Shown here piece after piece: positions 28,898 through 38,464 of a stretch of DNA of 64,000 bases. The notes beneath the pieces are model-generated. The model made no database searches, was not told the origin of the DNA, and was given only the letters and a program-made list of their open reading frames with translations. Origin of the DNA: Bacteroidales bacterium (GTDB taxonomy: Bacteria; Bacteroidota; Bacteroidia; Bacteroidales; UBA932); NCBI GenBank assembly GCA_024401825.1, contig JAKSKF010000003.1, positions 4,948-68,947 of the forward strand, in the 5' to 3' direction. Each line of letters opens with the position of its first letter. The stretch's first letter is position 1. The position numbers were made by a program, and so were the translations under genes.

Positions 28898-29995
28898 TTA
28901 GAGATGAAATCTTTTCCGTATGACTAATAGCAAAGAAGTAATAGAAACAGGCGCTTTTTTAATTAATAAATAAAATGCCTTTTTTTTAATTGTTCCCAAT
29001 TGCGCGATATGAATTTCTGTGGCGAAAAATTTACGATACTCACTGAGTATGCAACACGCCACGCCATATCTTCCATCGGCAAAATCTGATATCCTCTCAT
29101 AAAAATTACTCAGGGCTAATGGAATGAGGTTTGATTCCAAAAAATCAACAAATGGCACATACCCATATATTTGGGTATAAAGCCTATAAATATCCGCATC
29201 AGAATACAAAGCAAATATATCTTTCAACTTGTCTAATTGGGGAAATATACCGTCATGACGAATGTCCCACCCAAACTTATTATTAATTTTTTCGACAATT
29301 TCAAATTGACATTTTAAGGAATGGCATAATTCGTATTCAGAAAGCAAATATTTGGACTTATCTCCACCCCAGAATCCTGTGTAGTTATACAATGTGTATG
29401 GCACCAAACATACCGTATCGCATTGAAATAAATATTCTCGTGTAAATATCGTATCTTCAGATAAACATATGCTTTCATCAAAAATCAAGTGGACGGATTC
29501 AATTAATTTTCTTTTAAACAACTTAGCCCAAACAGTCGAGGAATAATAATCATTGATTAAAACTTTTCTTGACGAGTAGTCTCTCAATTTTAATAGCGTG
29601 CCTTCATTAATATCCGGAATAAAGGTCATTCCCCCAACATTAAACCCACATATCGCCAAATCTGCATTTCCTATGTAATTGTAAATAGTTTTCAAGTATT
29701 CACTTTGAAAAGAATCGTCCGCATCAAGAAATACAATCCACTCACCCCGGGCATTGTCAAGTCCGAGATTCCTTGCAGAACTTGCCCCTCCATTCGTCTT
29801 GTGAAAAACTTTGAACCTGGAGTCCTTGGCAGCATACTCTTCACAAATCTCTCCGGAGCAATCAGGAGAGCCGTCATCAACAAGAATGCACTCCCAGTCT
29901 GAATAATCCTGTGAAACAACAGAATCCAGGCATTTTCTTAAAAATGCTTCCGCCTTATATACGGGTACGATAACAGATATTTTGGGAGTGTTCAA
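28898..29995 (-). CDS. GT2 glycosyltransferase
   Basis: ISVIVPVY, VDDGSPD, FLDADD, WAKLF and SED; TTG start. Confidence 0.88.
   Translation of the reverse strand: MNTPKISVIVPVYKAEAFLRKCLDSVVSQDYSDWECILVDDGSPDCSGEICEEYAAKDSRFKVFHKTNGGASSARNLGLDNARGEWIVFLDADDSFQSEYLKTIYNYIGNADLAICGFNVGGMTFIPDINEGTLLKLRDYSSRKVLINDYYSSTVWAKLFKRKLIESVHLIFDESICLSEDTIFTREYLFQCDTVCLVPYTLYNYTGFWGGDKSKYLLSEYELCHSLKCQFEIVEKINNKFGWDIRHDGIFPQLDKLKDIFALYSDADIYRLYTQIYGYVPFVDFLESNLIPLALSNFYERISDFADGRYGVACCILSEYRKFFATEIHIAQLGTIKKKAFYLLIKKAPVSITSLLLVIRKRFHL
29713..29938. repeat. direct repeat copy 2 (GT2 N-terminal domain)
   Basis: Homologous to 27542-27767. Confidence 0.85.
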
Positions 29996-29996
29996 A

Positions 29997-31451
29997 TTAT
30001 CCCTGTTTTGAGGAAAACAACAATGAAACTTTATCCTTGATAATGCCCAGGCACTCTTTCATATAGGGATTTTTCCTGAGCATAAGCCAATATATCAGAG
30101 GGGCCGAGACAAAGCCGAACGCAAGTGCCACCACCGGCGGATAATCCAGGAAAGTGAACAGATATGCAGGAAGGCAGGAAAGGATGGAAAGCGCAAGAAA
30201 TCCCGAGAAATCCTTTACCTGCGTCAGGTAACTCAAACCGAACAATTTCCCTGTATAATGGGTGTTTATGAACATTGCTATCTGGGTATAGATGATTTTA
30301 GAAATGCATATCCCTATGACACCAAAGGGAATTGCGGCGAACAGAATTGTGATTGCTATTGCTTTCTTTATGACCTCAAGTCTCAGGAACAAGTCGCTCC
30401 TGCCTGTGACTTGCAGCAAATTGAGATTGATTGAACAGATATGGTCGAACATTGCCGAAAAACAGAAAATCTGGAGATAGATTACGCAGGATTCCCATTT
30501 TTCTGTCAACAGAAGAAGGACCAGCGGTTTTCCTATGGCAGCCATAAGAGTGCATCCGAAAAATATGGCAAGAGATGTAACGCAAATATATTTTCTGTAA
30601 ACCCTGACCAGGCGGTCCGTATCTTCCTGGATTTTGGAGAAAATCGGGAATGTGACACTGCTCAATATTCCTTTCACTATACTTGCGGGATAACTTGCGA
30701 AACTTGTTCCCCTGGAATAATAGCCAAGGTCCCCGGAAGTGAAGTGACGGCCGATAATCAAAGGGGTAAGATTCGTATAAAAAGTGTTCAACAGGCCCGA
30801 AGCCATCAACTTGCTGCCATAGTTCCACAAATATTTGAATGAACTTCTGCTGAATGATGCGCCGGGGAGCCATCTGCAATATGCGAAAATGAAAATACAG
30901 TTGAATAGGCTGCTCAAGACCGTTTGAGCGACCAACGCCCATACTCCGAAACCTATATACGCCAGAATCACCCCGCATACTCCTGAAAGGACCGAAACGA
31001 AAAATGTCCGCAGAGCCAGAGCCTTGAAATTCAAGGCCGCCTTCAGCCTGGCCAGTTGAGAACTCACAAGCGAATTGAAAATCAATGAGACGGCTTGAAT
31101 CCTGAGTATCCGGCACAGAATGTCGGAATGGAAGAAGTCCGCCACCAATGGAGCGATGACAAAGAGTATGGAATAACAGACTATTGAAACCAGGATATTG
31201 AAATAGAAAGCCGTGCAATAATCGCTTTCGGAACTGTCCGGTTTTCTGATGAGAGCATTTGCGAACCCGCTGTCAATGAAGGTTTGAGAGATGGCGAAGA
31301 ATATGGAAAGCATTCCAACCGTGCCATAGTCACCGGGAGAGAGCAGACGAGCCATAATCAGCCCAAGGATGAACTGAATCCCCAGAACTGACGCCTTCTC
31401 AAGCGCGCTCCACTTTACTCCTTGCAGCGTTTCTTCCTTAACAGACTTCAA
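29997..31451 (-). CDS. wzx: Wzx flippase (WzxC-like)
   Basis: GVKWS...MARLLSPGDYG...DSGFANALI, GVWALV and LGYYSRG; multiple TM segments. Confidence 0.92.
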   Translation of the reverse strand: MKSVKEETLQGVKWSALEKASVLGIQFILGLIMARLLSPGDYGTVGMLSIFFAISQTFIDSGFANALIRKPDSSESDYCTAFYFNILVSIVCYSILFVIAPLVADFFHSDILCRILRIQAVSLIFNSLVSSQLARLKAALNFKALALRTFFVSVLSGVCGVILAYIGFGVWALVAQTVLSSLFNCIFIFAYCRWLPGASFSRSSFKYLWNYGSKLMASGLLNTFYTNLTPLIIGRHFTSGDLGYYSRGTSFASYPASIVKGILSSVTFPIFSKIQEDTDRLVRVYRKYICVTSLAIFFGCTLMAAIGKPLVLLLLTEKWESCVIYLQIFCFSAMFDHICSINLNLLQVTGRSDLFLRLEVIKKAIAITILFAAIPFGVIGICISKIIYTQIAMFINTHYTGKLFGLSYLTQVKDFSGFLALSILSCLPAYLFTFLDYPPVVALAFGFVSAPLIYWLMLRKNPYMKECLGIIKDKVSLLFSSKQG

Positions 31452-31456
31452 AGCAA

Positions 31457-32704
31457 TTACCTTTTGGAATATTCGTCCTGACCCAGAATTGCATTAATGA
31501 TATTCTGACAGGCGGATTTTCCATTTGGAGGAAGAAGATATCTGTCAAAATATTCCTGCCTGTCTTCTTTCAAAGGGTCCACTCCATCAAGCACATTCCG
31601 GATGAACCCATCTATTTCTTCTTCTGTATGACCTTTGTAGTGCAAATCAAAAGCTTTCCGGGCGAATTCGTTTCTGTTGGCCTCATAACCCTCCTGCCTT
31701 ATGAGGAACAGCACAGGATTATGCGTATAATGGTACTCAATGGTAAATGAACAGCAGTCGTGAATCATAGCATTGGAGTACTTGAACAAAGCGTCATATT
31801 CGCCATCCTCAAACTGAGAGTTTTCCGCCGTCTTCCAATCATTGTAATATTCATCCGCCCTTTCCTTGCCCCATATTTTCACAAGTTTGGCGTACAAGAG
31901 AGGATGTGGCTTGAAACACCATTGAATCCTGTCGGCATATTTATGCATCATCTGCCGCATAATCTCACCTGTTTCCAAGAATGACGAGATGGCAAAACCC
32001 GTGACGTGCTCCTCCGCTATTGTGTGATGAGGAGCATAAATAATACGCTTGCAGTTTCTGTTCAATGGTTTCCACGGGTCGCTTGACTTTTCTTTGGGCT
32101 GCAACAGCAAATCCATTACGGGCAATCCGGTAACAAGCGCCTGTTTTTTGCCGTCAAACATCTTTCCAATGTATTTGGAGTTGACCGTCAGGACATTTTC
32201 AAAGTACTGCTGCCACGTGAATCTATAAAAGAGGTTACAGACAGCCCAGGCATCATCAATACTGTGAAAACCGTATGTCGCGTGGCAGAAAAGAGCCCTC
32301 CTGTGTTTGTAAAAGTATATTTCCGGCTGATATACCTTGTATGGTTTCTGGTAGAATATGATGTCCGGACTGATTTGAGCAAAAGCCTTCTCAGTATCGA
32401 TGTCAAGGTCTAGGTAGTCATATTTCTTTGCAGTCAGATATTCCATCAAATCCAACTTTGAAGAGGGTTTCTCTGCAGATGCGGAAACTCCCAGCGTAGG
32501 ATTGAACCTCGGATGCCCAAGCATCTCAAGATAAAGCATTCTGGTCTTCCAGGTCCCAATTTCCGTAAGGACAAAGAGCACATTGACGCAGTCTTTCCCT
32601 TGCAATTTTTTCACTTTATAGCCAAGAGTGAAACGATACAGGACCGGCGCTACGTAGTAACGGTACTTGTTGACGAGAAACTGATATATTCTACTTGCAA
32701 GCAT
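31457..32704 (-). CDS. CDP-glycerol glycerophosphotransferase (TagF-like) family protein
   Basis: TGLPVMD, IIYAPHH, FKPHP and IHDCCSFTIEY...NPVLF; ATG 32704 (alternative TTG 32728). Confidence 0.75.
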   Translation of the reverse strand: MLASRIYQFLVNKYRYYVAPVLYRFTLGYKVKKLQGKDCVNVLFVLTEIGTWKTRMLYLEMLGHPRFNPTLGVSASAEKPSSKLDLMEYLTAKKYDYLDLDIDTEKAFAQISPDIIFYQKPYKVYQPEIYFYKHRRALFCHATYGFHSIDDAWAVCNLFYRFTWQQYFENVLTVNSKYIGKMFDGKKQALVTGLPVMDLLLQPKEKSSDPWKPLNRNCKRIIYAPHHTIAEEHVTGFAISSFLETGEIMRQMMHKYADRIQWCFKPHPLLYAKLVKIWGKERADEYYNDWKTAENSQFEDGEYDALFKYSNAMIHDCCSFTIEYHYTHNPVLFLIRQEGYEANRNEFARKAFDLHYKGHTEEEIDGFIRNVLDGVDPLKEDRQEYFDRYLLPPNGKSACQNIINAILGQDEYSKR

Positions 32705-32717
32705 AAGGAAGAGCAGT

Positions 32718-33749
32718 TCAAGTTCCAACCAGAGCAGGGCATATTTTGCAGAGCGCCCTATGAAGGACTACACAGAACAGCATACAGACAAGGGAGGAAA
32801 CAATTATCACCGCAGGCATTGCGTCCCAACCCATAAAATGTCTGAACACTCCCAGAATAATGTTTTGAAATCCCAAGATGGAGAGAAGCGCGCAAGCACT
32901 GACCTCCACCATTCGGTTTGAAGGCAATTTTGAGAAGAGGCAAATCACTGACAGAGAACCGAGAAACGCATTGATGTAGAATAACGGAACCGAGATGACA
33001 GAAGAGTGATTTGAGCCAAAAATCACCCCTGCGACAGTAGCTTTTCCATTGAATGAAACTGACAGGGAAAAAATAGCCAGACAAATCACGGCCAAAGCCA
33101 ATGAGAACCGTGAGCAGGCAATTTTATGTATCATATCTCTTGCCTTTGCGCCGAACAAATACACGGGGAATGCCATAACCGCCTGGGGAATCATAAAATA
33201 CCAACCCCTACGACACAGACAGCAGAAAACAAACAGCGCCAGCCAGACAATGGAAATCATTATCTTGTTGTTTTCCCACAAGTCTGCCAGAACTTTGCAA
33301 TAGAACAAGGCAAGGACGAACCACATAGGTCCGCAAGCCATTGTCCTTGAATGAACGAATTTCTGAAAAGTGGAGACAAAATAAACTTTGTAGGTGTCAA
33401 ACAGGCCGACCGCCTCGTTAAAACCGGGCAAGTTGTTTCCAAGAGTAATAATTCCAAGATACTGCAGCAGAGGGACAATGCACAGTGATATCAGGTTGAA
33501 AAACAGAAAGGGGACGAACAACCTCCTGAAGTATTTTCCTATTTGAACCCTCCCGTTGAACTTGTGCAATATCCCGCTCACCATAAAGAAGAACGGCATA
33601 TGGAACCCATATATGAACATTCGGGGAAATACAACGCCGTAGGACTCCATATGCCCGTAACATACCAGGAATGCCACGAACACTCTGGAATAATCCAAGT
33701 AGGAAATTCTTTTTACTGCTGTGCCGTATGTATCAAGTTCCTGCAACAT
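32718..33749 (-). CDS. acyltransferase family 3
   Basis: RISYLDYSR...GH, IYGFHMPFFFMVSG, RLFVPF and MWFVLALF. Confidence 0.88.
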   Translation of the reverse strand: MLQELDTYGTAVKRISYLDYSRVFVAFLVCYGHMESYGVVFPRMFIYGFHMPFFFMVSGILHKFNGRVQIGKYFRRLFVPFLFFNLISLCIVPLLQYLGIITLGNNLPGFNEAVGLFDTYKVYFVSTFQKFVHSRTMACGPMWFVLALFYCKVLADLWENNKIMISIVWLALFVFCCLCRRGWYFMIPQAVMAFPVYLFGAKARDMIHKIACSRFSLALAVICLAIFSLSVSFNGKATVAGVIFGSNHSSVISVPLFYINAFLGSLSVICLFSKLPSNRMVEVSACALLSILGFQNIILGVFRHFMGWDAMPAVIIVSSLVCMLFCVVLHRALCKICPALVGT

Positions 33750-34657
33750 TCATCAAACAAGCGGATTCTTGATTGAACGGTTCCTCCTGCAATATGTGGT
33801 GTCACTATGACATTTCTTTGGGATAAATTCCACATTCCATACGCTTCTTTGGAATCGACATCCAGTGCCAGTCCGAATGTCGGACAAGATGACGCTTTCT
33901 CAAACAGGTAAGGAGCATCGAAGATTTCAATCCTGGATGTGGAGACGAATATGCTGTCATCTTTCAGATGGGAAAGCAACGGTCGATTCAGCATCCCCCG
34001 GGTTTCTCGTGTGTGAGGTATGCTTATGGCAACGACGTCCGATGTCTTCATCAATTCCTCCAAGGAAACAAATTGAACGCCATCTTCACTTAATGGTTTA
34101 TGCCGTTCCGGATGAAAGGTCCAGCAAAGCCTCTTCATCCCGAAAGCTTCCGCAAAAGACAGGACTTCGCACGCAATTCCGCCAGCGCCTACAACCCCAA
34201 TGGTGGAGCCGAATAAATCAACCGGCTTTTTCTGCATACTCCCTTTTTGCTTCCCTTCACAGGAGACATATCTTCCGTCGACAATTCCCTTGGCCAGATT
34301 CAGTATCAAGCCGAAACAGTGTTCGGCCACAGAGACCCGATTGGCCAAAGGCGCATTGACAATCCGGATGAGAGAACTCTTGTTAGCGGGGACGTGGATA
34401 TGGTCTGTCCCGCTTGAAAGGGTCGCTATGAATTTTACCGATTCGATATCGGCAAGCATCGGCTCCGTTATAACTTGGGAAGTGCCGATGAAGACTATGT
34501 CATATTCTTCAAGGATACGTTTCAGCGCTTCTCCGGAGGGCCGCTCGTGTCCTACAGGGAGTATGTGGACCTCGTAACCGGCTTCATACAGGGGGGCGTA
34601 AGAAGACTGGGGGATATCGTTGAAGATAGAATATACTTTCTTGCTAGCTGACATCAT
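33713..34657 (-). CDS. D-isomer-specific 2-hydroxyacid dehydrogenase family
   Basis: SGTDHI, NAP..N..SVAEH, GVVGAGGIA, STSR, ALDV and TPHIAG. Confidence 0.85.
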   Translation of the reverse strand: MMSASKKVYSIFNDIPQSSYAPLYEAGYEVHILPVGHERPSGEALKRILEEYDIVFIGTSQVITEPMLADIESVKFIATLSSGTDHIHVPANKSSLIRIVNAPLANRVSVAEHCFGLILNLAKGIVDGRYVSCEGKQKGSMQKKPVDLFGSTIGVVGAGGIACEVLSFAEAFGMKRLCWTFHPERHKPLSEDGVQFVSLEELMKTSDVVAISIPHTRETRGMLNRPLLSHLKDDSIFVSTSRIEIFDAPYLFEKASSCPTFGLALDVDSKEAYGMWNLSQRNVIVTPHIAGGTVQSRIRLFDECCRNLIHTAQQ

Positions 34658-36389
34658 TTTGACTGAAGAAAGATTCCAGATATTTTTGTGCAAAGAGTCG
34701 GTCACAGGCCGATTTTTTCTCTTCGGGAATATTTTCAAGAAGACGGATAAGCACATCTGTCGTCACCCTTTCATCCTGCTTGAACAGTTTTATGTAACTT
34801 GGGGTGCAACTGTAGATTGAAGAAAGGTAATAATCGAAATTATATCCCCAGGGATTGGTTTTTTGAACTTCGGTGAAGTATTCTCCAATCTGCCCGTATA
34901 TGGGCTCAGTATTGTATGGTTTCCCTTCTGCAATCAATTCAGGCATAATCAGTTCCGTGCATAAGTTACCGGCACCTTTTCCCATTCCCATTATGCAGGA
35001 GTCAATTATCAGGTCGTGCCTTGACGGGGCCCTCAAAGCCGCAAGAGCATTGGAAAAAGCCATCTGCCGGTTGTTATGGGCGTGAAAACCAATCTTCATA
35101 TTGTCAGAGACATATTGGTCTGCAATTTCCAATTTTCTCAAGAGCATCATACTGTCCAGCTGACCGAAACTGTCAACAATGTAAAACGAGCGCGCCTGAG
35201 GCAGCTCATCATTGCAGATTGCTATCAATTCCCTGAACTCTTCGTCATTATAGCGGGAAACCACCATAGGCTGGACATACAGGTCATATCCCTTGCGGAT
35301 GATGGTTTTTGCCCCTGACAAAGCGTCCCTTAAATTTTCCTTGTGAAAAGCGAACCGGATTCCGTCTATTCCAGCCCCGTTTCTCGGATTGAGGTCATCC
35401 AAATTGAATGTGCCATAGTCTATCATACCCAAATAGCTGACATTCCTGCATTTCCCCCGGCACAACAAGGTTTCCGCAATGCTCTGTTCATTGTCAAAGC
35501 AACTCCGTTCTTTCGGAGAGCCTTTCCTGCCGTCAATATATCCGGTTTCAATATAGTCCACGCCGGAGTCTTCCAGACAAGATTTGATTTTGAGCATTCT
35601 TTCCAGGCCGAAATTGAAATCGATTACAATTCCGCCATCCCTGAGCGTGCAGTCAAGCAACTGGACACCGTGTTTCGGTGCATCAGATTTGATAACCTTC
35701 TCAGCCACGTCCAGGTCATTGTCTGTAGTGATTTTGAAATTGGAAGTCCGTCCGGCGACAATCTTAACTTTGTGGCCCGACATCAGCATAAGCTGGGTGG
35801 TTCCGGTAATCTTCCGCTTCTGTTCTTCTGTGAACTGACTGATTGTATCGCTAAGCAGCCTGATGTTGAAACCCGACGGAGTCTGACCGTTGAAAAGCGT
35901 GCTCCTGTCTGTTGTGCCCTCCAGAAAATCCCCATTGGGAGACGTGAATACGGTATCATTCACCGGGACTACGGTAAGGGCCGTTCCATTGGAATAAGTT
36001 GCATCAATGCAGTCATCAATCATCTGGCGGGTCACAAACGGACGGACAGAGTCGTGACAGATGATGATGTCTTCGGCAGAATACCCGGGGCGCTCCATAA
36101 TGTCATCCAGAATATTCGTGAATGAATCAAGTCTCTCCCTGCCGCCAGGCACTATCCGCAGACGGTTCAACTGCTCACGGGAAAAATTGTACTCGAACAA
36201 CTTTTCAGCATATTTTATCCAGTCATCGTTAACGGCAACGTATATGACATCCATCCGTTTGTTTTCCAGAAACTTCCGGACAGAATAGATGATAATGGCC
36301 ACTCCGTTTACGGATATGAACTGCTTGGGAATGGAGGTCCGTTCGATTCTTTTTCCTATCCCTCCTGCCAGTATTGCTCCATAAATCAT
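34644..36389 (-). CDS. IspD/TarI cytidylyltransferase fused to a DRE-TIM (HMGL-like, 4-hydroxy-2-oxoacid aldolase) domain
   Basis: N-terminal LAGGIGKR...PKQF, HDSVRP, QTP and NFKITT..DL; C-terminal LDCTLRDGG, VDSFG, GFHAHNN and GMGKGAGNL.TE; one continuous 581 aa ORF. Confidence 0.88.
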   Translation of the reverse strand: MIYGAILAGGIGKRIERTSIPKQFISVNGVAIIIYSVRKFLENKRMDVIYVAVNDDWIKYAEKLFEYNFSREQLNRLRIVPGGRERLDSFTNILDDIMERPGYSAEDIIICHDSVRPFVTRQMIDDCIDATYSNGTALTVVPVNDTVFTSPNGDFLEGTTDRSTLFNGQTPSGFNIRLLSDTISQFTEEQKRKITGTTQLMLMSGHKVKIVAGRTSNFKITTDNDLDVAEKVIKSDAPKHGVQLLDCTLRDGGIVIDFNFGLERMLKIKSCLEDSGVDYIETGYIDGRKGSPKERSCFDNEQSIAETLLCRGKCRNVSYLGMIDYGTFNLDDLNPRNGAGIDGIRFAFHKENLRDALSGAKTIIRKGYDLYVQPMVVSRYNDEEFRELIAICNDELPQARSFYIVDSFGQLDSMMLLRKLEIADQYVSDNMKIGFHAHNNRQMAFSNALAALRAPSRHDLIIDSCIMGMGKGAGNLCTELIMPELIAEGKPYNTEPIYGQIGEYFTEVQKTNPWGYNFDYYLSSIYSCTPSYIKLFKQDERVTTDVLIRLLENIPEEKKSACDRLFAQKYLESFFSQNDVS

Positions 36390-36401
36390 TGTTGAAACAC
36401 C

Positions 36402-37277
36402 TTATTCCCCTGCAAGTTTTATCAGGTACTGACCGTACTGGTTCTGGGACATCGGGCGGGCGAGTTCCAGAAGCTTTTTCCTGTCTATCCAGCCTTTTTC
36501 GTAGGCAATCCCTTCCAGGCAGGAAATCATAAGTCCCTGACGTTTTTCTATGACTTCCACATAGTTGGAGGCTTCCGACAGGGAGTCGTGAGTGCCCGTG
36601 TCCAGCCAGGCGAATCCGCGTCCCAGAGGCTGCACGCGGAGTTGCCCGTCCTCAAGGAAGCGTTGGTTGACGCTGGTGATTTCCAGTTCTCCGCGGGCGG
36701 AAGGCTTGACTTCCCCCGCCACCTTTACAACCCTGTTGGGATAGAAATAGAGTCCCACCACGGCATAATTGCTCTTGGGCCGCGCGGGTTTCTCCTCTAT
36801 GCTGAGACAGTTGCCGTCTGCATCCATTTCCGCCACTCCGTAGCGCTCGGGGTTGCTCACCCTGTAGCCGAAGATGGTCGCCCGGGAGTCTTCCCCGGCG
36901 CTTCTGACCGCCTCCTGCAGCATTTCGGTGAACCCCGCGCCGTAGAAGATGTTGTCCCCGAGCACAAGGCACACAGAGTCATCCCCGATGAAGTCCCTGC
37001 CAATCAGGAAGGCCTGAGCCAGACCGTCGGGAGAGGGCTGCTCCGCATATTCGAGCCTCAGCCCGTAGTCCGAACCGTCCCCCAGGAGCCGGCGGAACGC
37101 AGGCAGGTCCTGCGGAGTGCTGATAATGAGAATCTCCCTTATGCCCGCGAGCATCAGCACGCTCAGGGGATAGTAAATCATCGGTTTGTCATAAACGGGA
37201 AGAAGCTGTTTGCTGACTCCCCTGGTGATGGGATAAAGTCTGGTGCCGGAACCTCCGGCAAGCACTATGCCTTTCAT
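36402..37277 (-). CDS. rfbA: glucose-1-phosphate thymidylyltransferase
   Basis: [32 protein letters not shown] and WLDTGT. Confidence 0.97.
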   Translation of the reverse strand: MKGIVLAGGSGTRLYPITRGVSKQLLPVYDKPMIYYPLSVLMLAGIREILIISTPQDLPAFRRLLGDGSDYGLRLEYAEQPSPDGLAQAFLIGRDFIGDDSVCLVLGDNIFYGAGFTEMLQEAVRSAGEDSRATIFGYRVSNPERYGVAEMDADGNCLSIEEKPARPKSNYAVVGLYFYPNRVVKVAGEVKPSARGELEITSVNQRFLEDGQLRVQPLGRGFAWLDTGTHDSLSEASNYVEVIEKRQGLMISCLEGIAYEKGWIDRKKLLELARPMSQNQYGQYLIKLAGE

Positions 37278-37287
37278 TGTCAAGAGT

Positions 37288-38448
37288 TTATTTTCTGTCA
37301 GAGTACATTTTCCTGTAATATTCCTGATAATCCCCGGAAGTGACGGCCTCGAGCCATTCGCTGTTGTCGAGGTACCAGCGTACCGTCCGTTCTATCCCCT
37401 CCTCGAACTGAAGGGACGGCTCCCAACCGAGTTCGCGCTGCAGTTTGCTGGAGTCTATGGCATAGCGCAGGTCGTGCCCGGCGCGGTCCCTGACAAAACT
37501 TATCAGAGCGAGGTCTTCCCCCTCGCCGCGGCCCAGCATCCTGTCAACCGTGCAAATCAGGAGCCTTATGAGGTCTATGTTCCGCCATTCGTTGAAACCG
37601 CCTATGTTGTAGGTCTGCCCGGGGCGTCCCTTGTGGAAAATCAGGTCGATGGCGCGGGCGTGGTCCTCCACGTAGAGCCAGTCCCTCACATTCAAACCCT
37701 GACCGTAGACAGGAAGCGGCTTGCGATGCACTATGTTGTTGATAAACAGAGGAATAAGTTTCTCAGGGAACTGGTATGGCCCGTAGTTGTTGGAACAGTT
37801 GGTCACCAGGGTGGGAAGACCGTAGGTGTCGTGGAACGAACGGACGAAGTGGTCCGAACCCGCCTTCGCCGCGCTGTACGGCGAGTGGGGCCTGTAACCC
37901 AGGTCCTCCGTGAAGAAGTCTGTCCCGTAGGCCAGATGATGCGCTCCGGAACTTGCCTTTGTGCTGAAAGGAGGCTCGATTCCCTCCGGATGCGTGATTT
38001 CCAGGGCGCCGTACACCTCGTCAGTGCTGATGTGATAGAAAAGCCGGCTGTCCCTCAGGGTCGGGTCGGAGTCCAGCGGGTTCTCATCCTGCCAGTAGAT
38101 TCTTGCGGCCTGGAGCAGGCTGAGCGTACCCATCAGGTTGGTCTGCGCGAAGGAAAAAGGGTCCGTGATGCTCCTGTCAACGTGGGTCTCGGCAGCGAGA
38201 TGGATGATGCCGTCCACCTTCTCCTCCCTCAAGAGGGAGAGAACCGTGTCGAAGTCGCATATGTCCGCCTTGACGAAACGGTAGTTGGGCCTGTCCTCTA
38301 TATCCTTGAGGTTGGCGAGGTTGCCCGCGTAGGTCAGTTTGTCCAGGTTGATTATCCGATAATCCGGATATTTGTTGACCATCAGCCTCACTACGTGACT
38401 GCCGATGAAACCGGCTCCCCCGGTAATGACGATTGTTCTTTTGCTCAT
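37288..38448 (-). CDS. rfbB: dTDP-glucose 4,6-dehydratase
   Basis: [32 protein letters not shown] and [14 protein letters not shown]. Confidence 0.97.
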   Translation of the reverse strand: MSKRTIVITGGAGFIGSHVVRLMVNKYPDYRIINLDKLTYAGNLANLKDIEDRPNYRFVKADICDFDTVLSLLREEKVDGIIHLAAETHVDRSITDPFSFAQTNLMGTLSLLQAARIYWQDENPLDSDPTLRDSRLFYHISTDEVYGALEITHPEGIEPPFSTKASSGAHHLAYGTDFFTEDLGYRPHSPYSAAKAGSDHFVRSFHDTYGLPTLVTNCSNNYGPYQFPEKLIPLFINNIVHRKPLPVYGQGLNVRDWLYVEDHARAIDLIFHKGRPGQTYNIGGFNEWRNIDLIRLLICTVDRMLGRGEGEDLALISFVRDRAGHDLRYAIDSSKLQRELGWEPSLQFEEGIERTVRWYLDNSEWLEAVTSGDYQEYYRKMYSDRK

Positions 38449-38464
38449 TGTGCTGTCCTGCGGT

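Noticed and set aside
34644-36389. MEP-pathway ispD or housekeeping HMG-CoA lyase/dmpG
   Set aside because: The fusion architecture and position in the capsule locus argue for a polysaccharide role.
12171-36389. AT-richer block as a mobile element or prophage
   Set aside because: No integrase, transposase, att sites or phage genes were seen; lower GC is normal for variable capsule genes.
37920-38000. Insertion in RfbB ([10 protein letters not shown]...YG)
   Set aside because: I recall similar inserts in other Bacteroidales RfbB proteins, so it is probably not novel.
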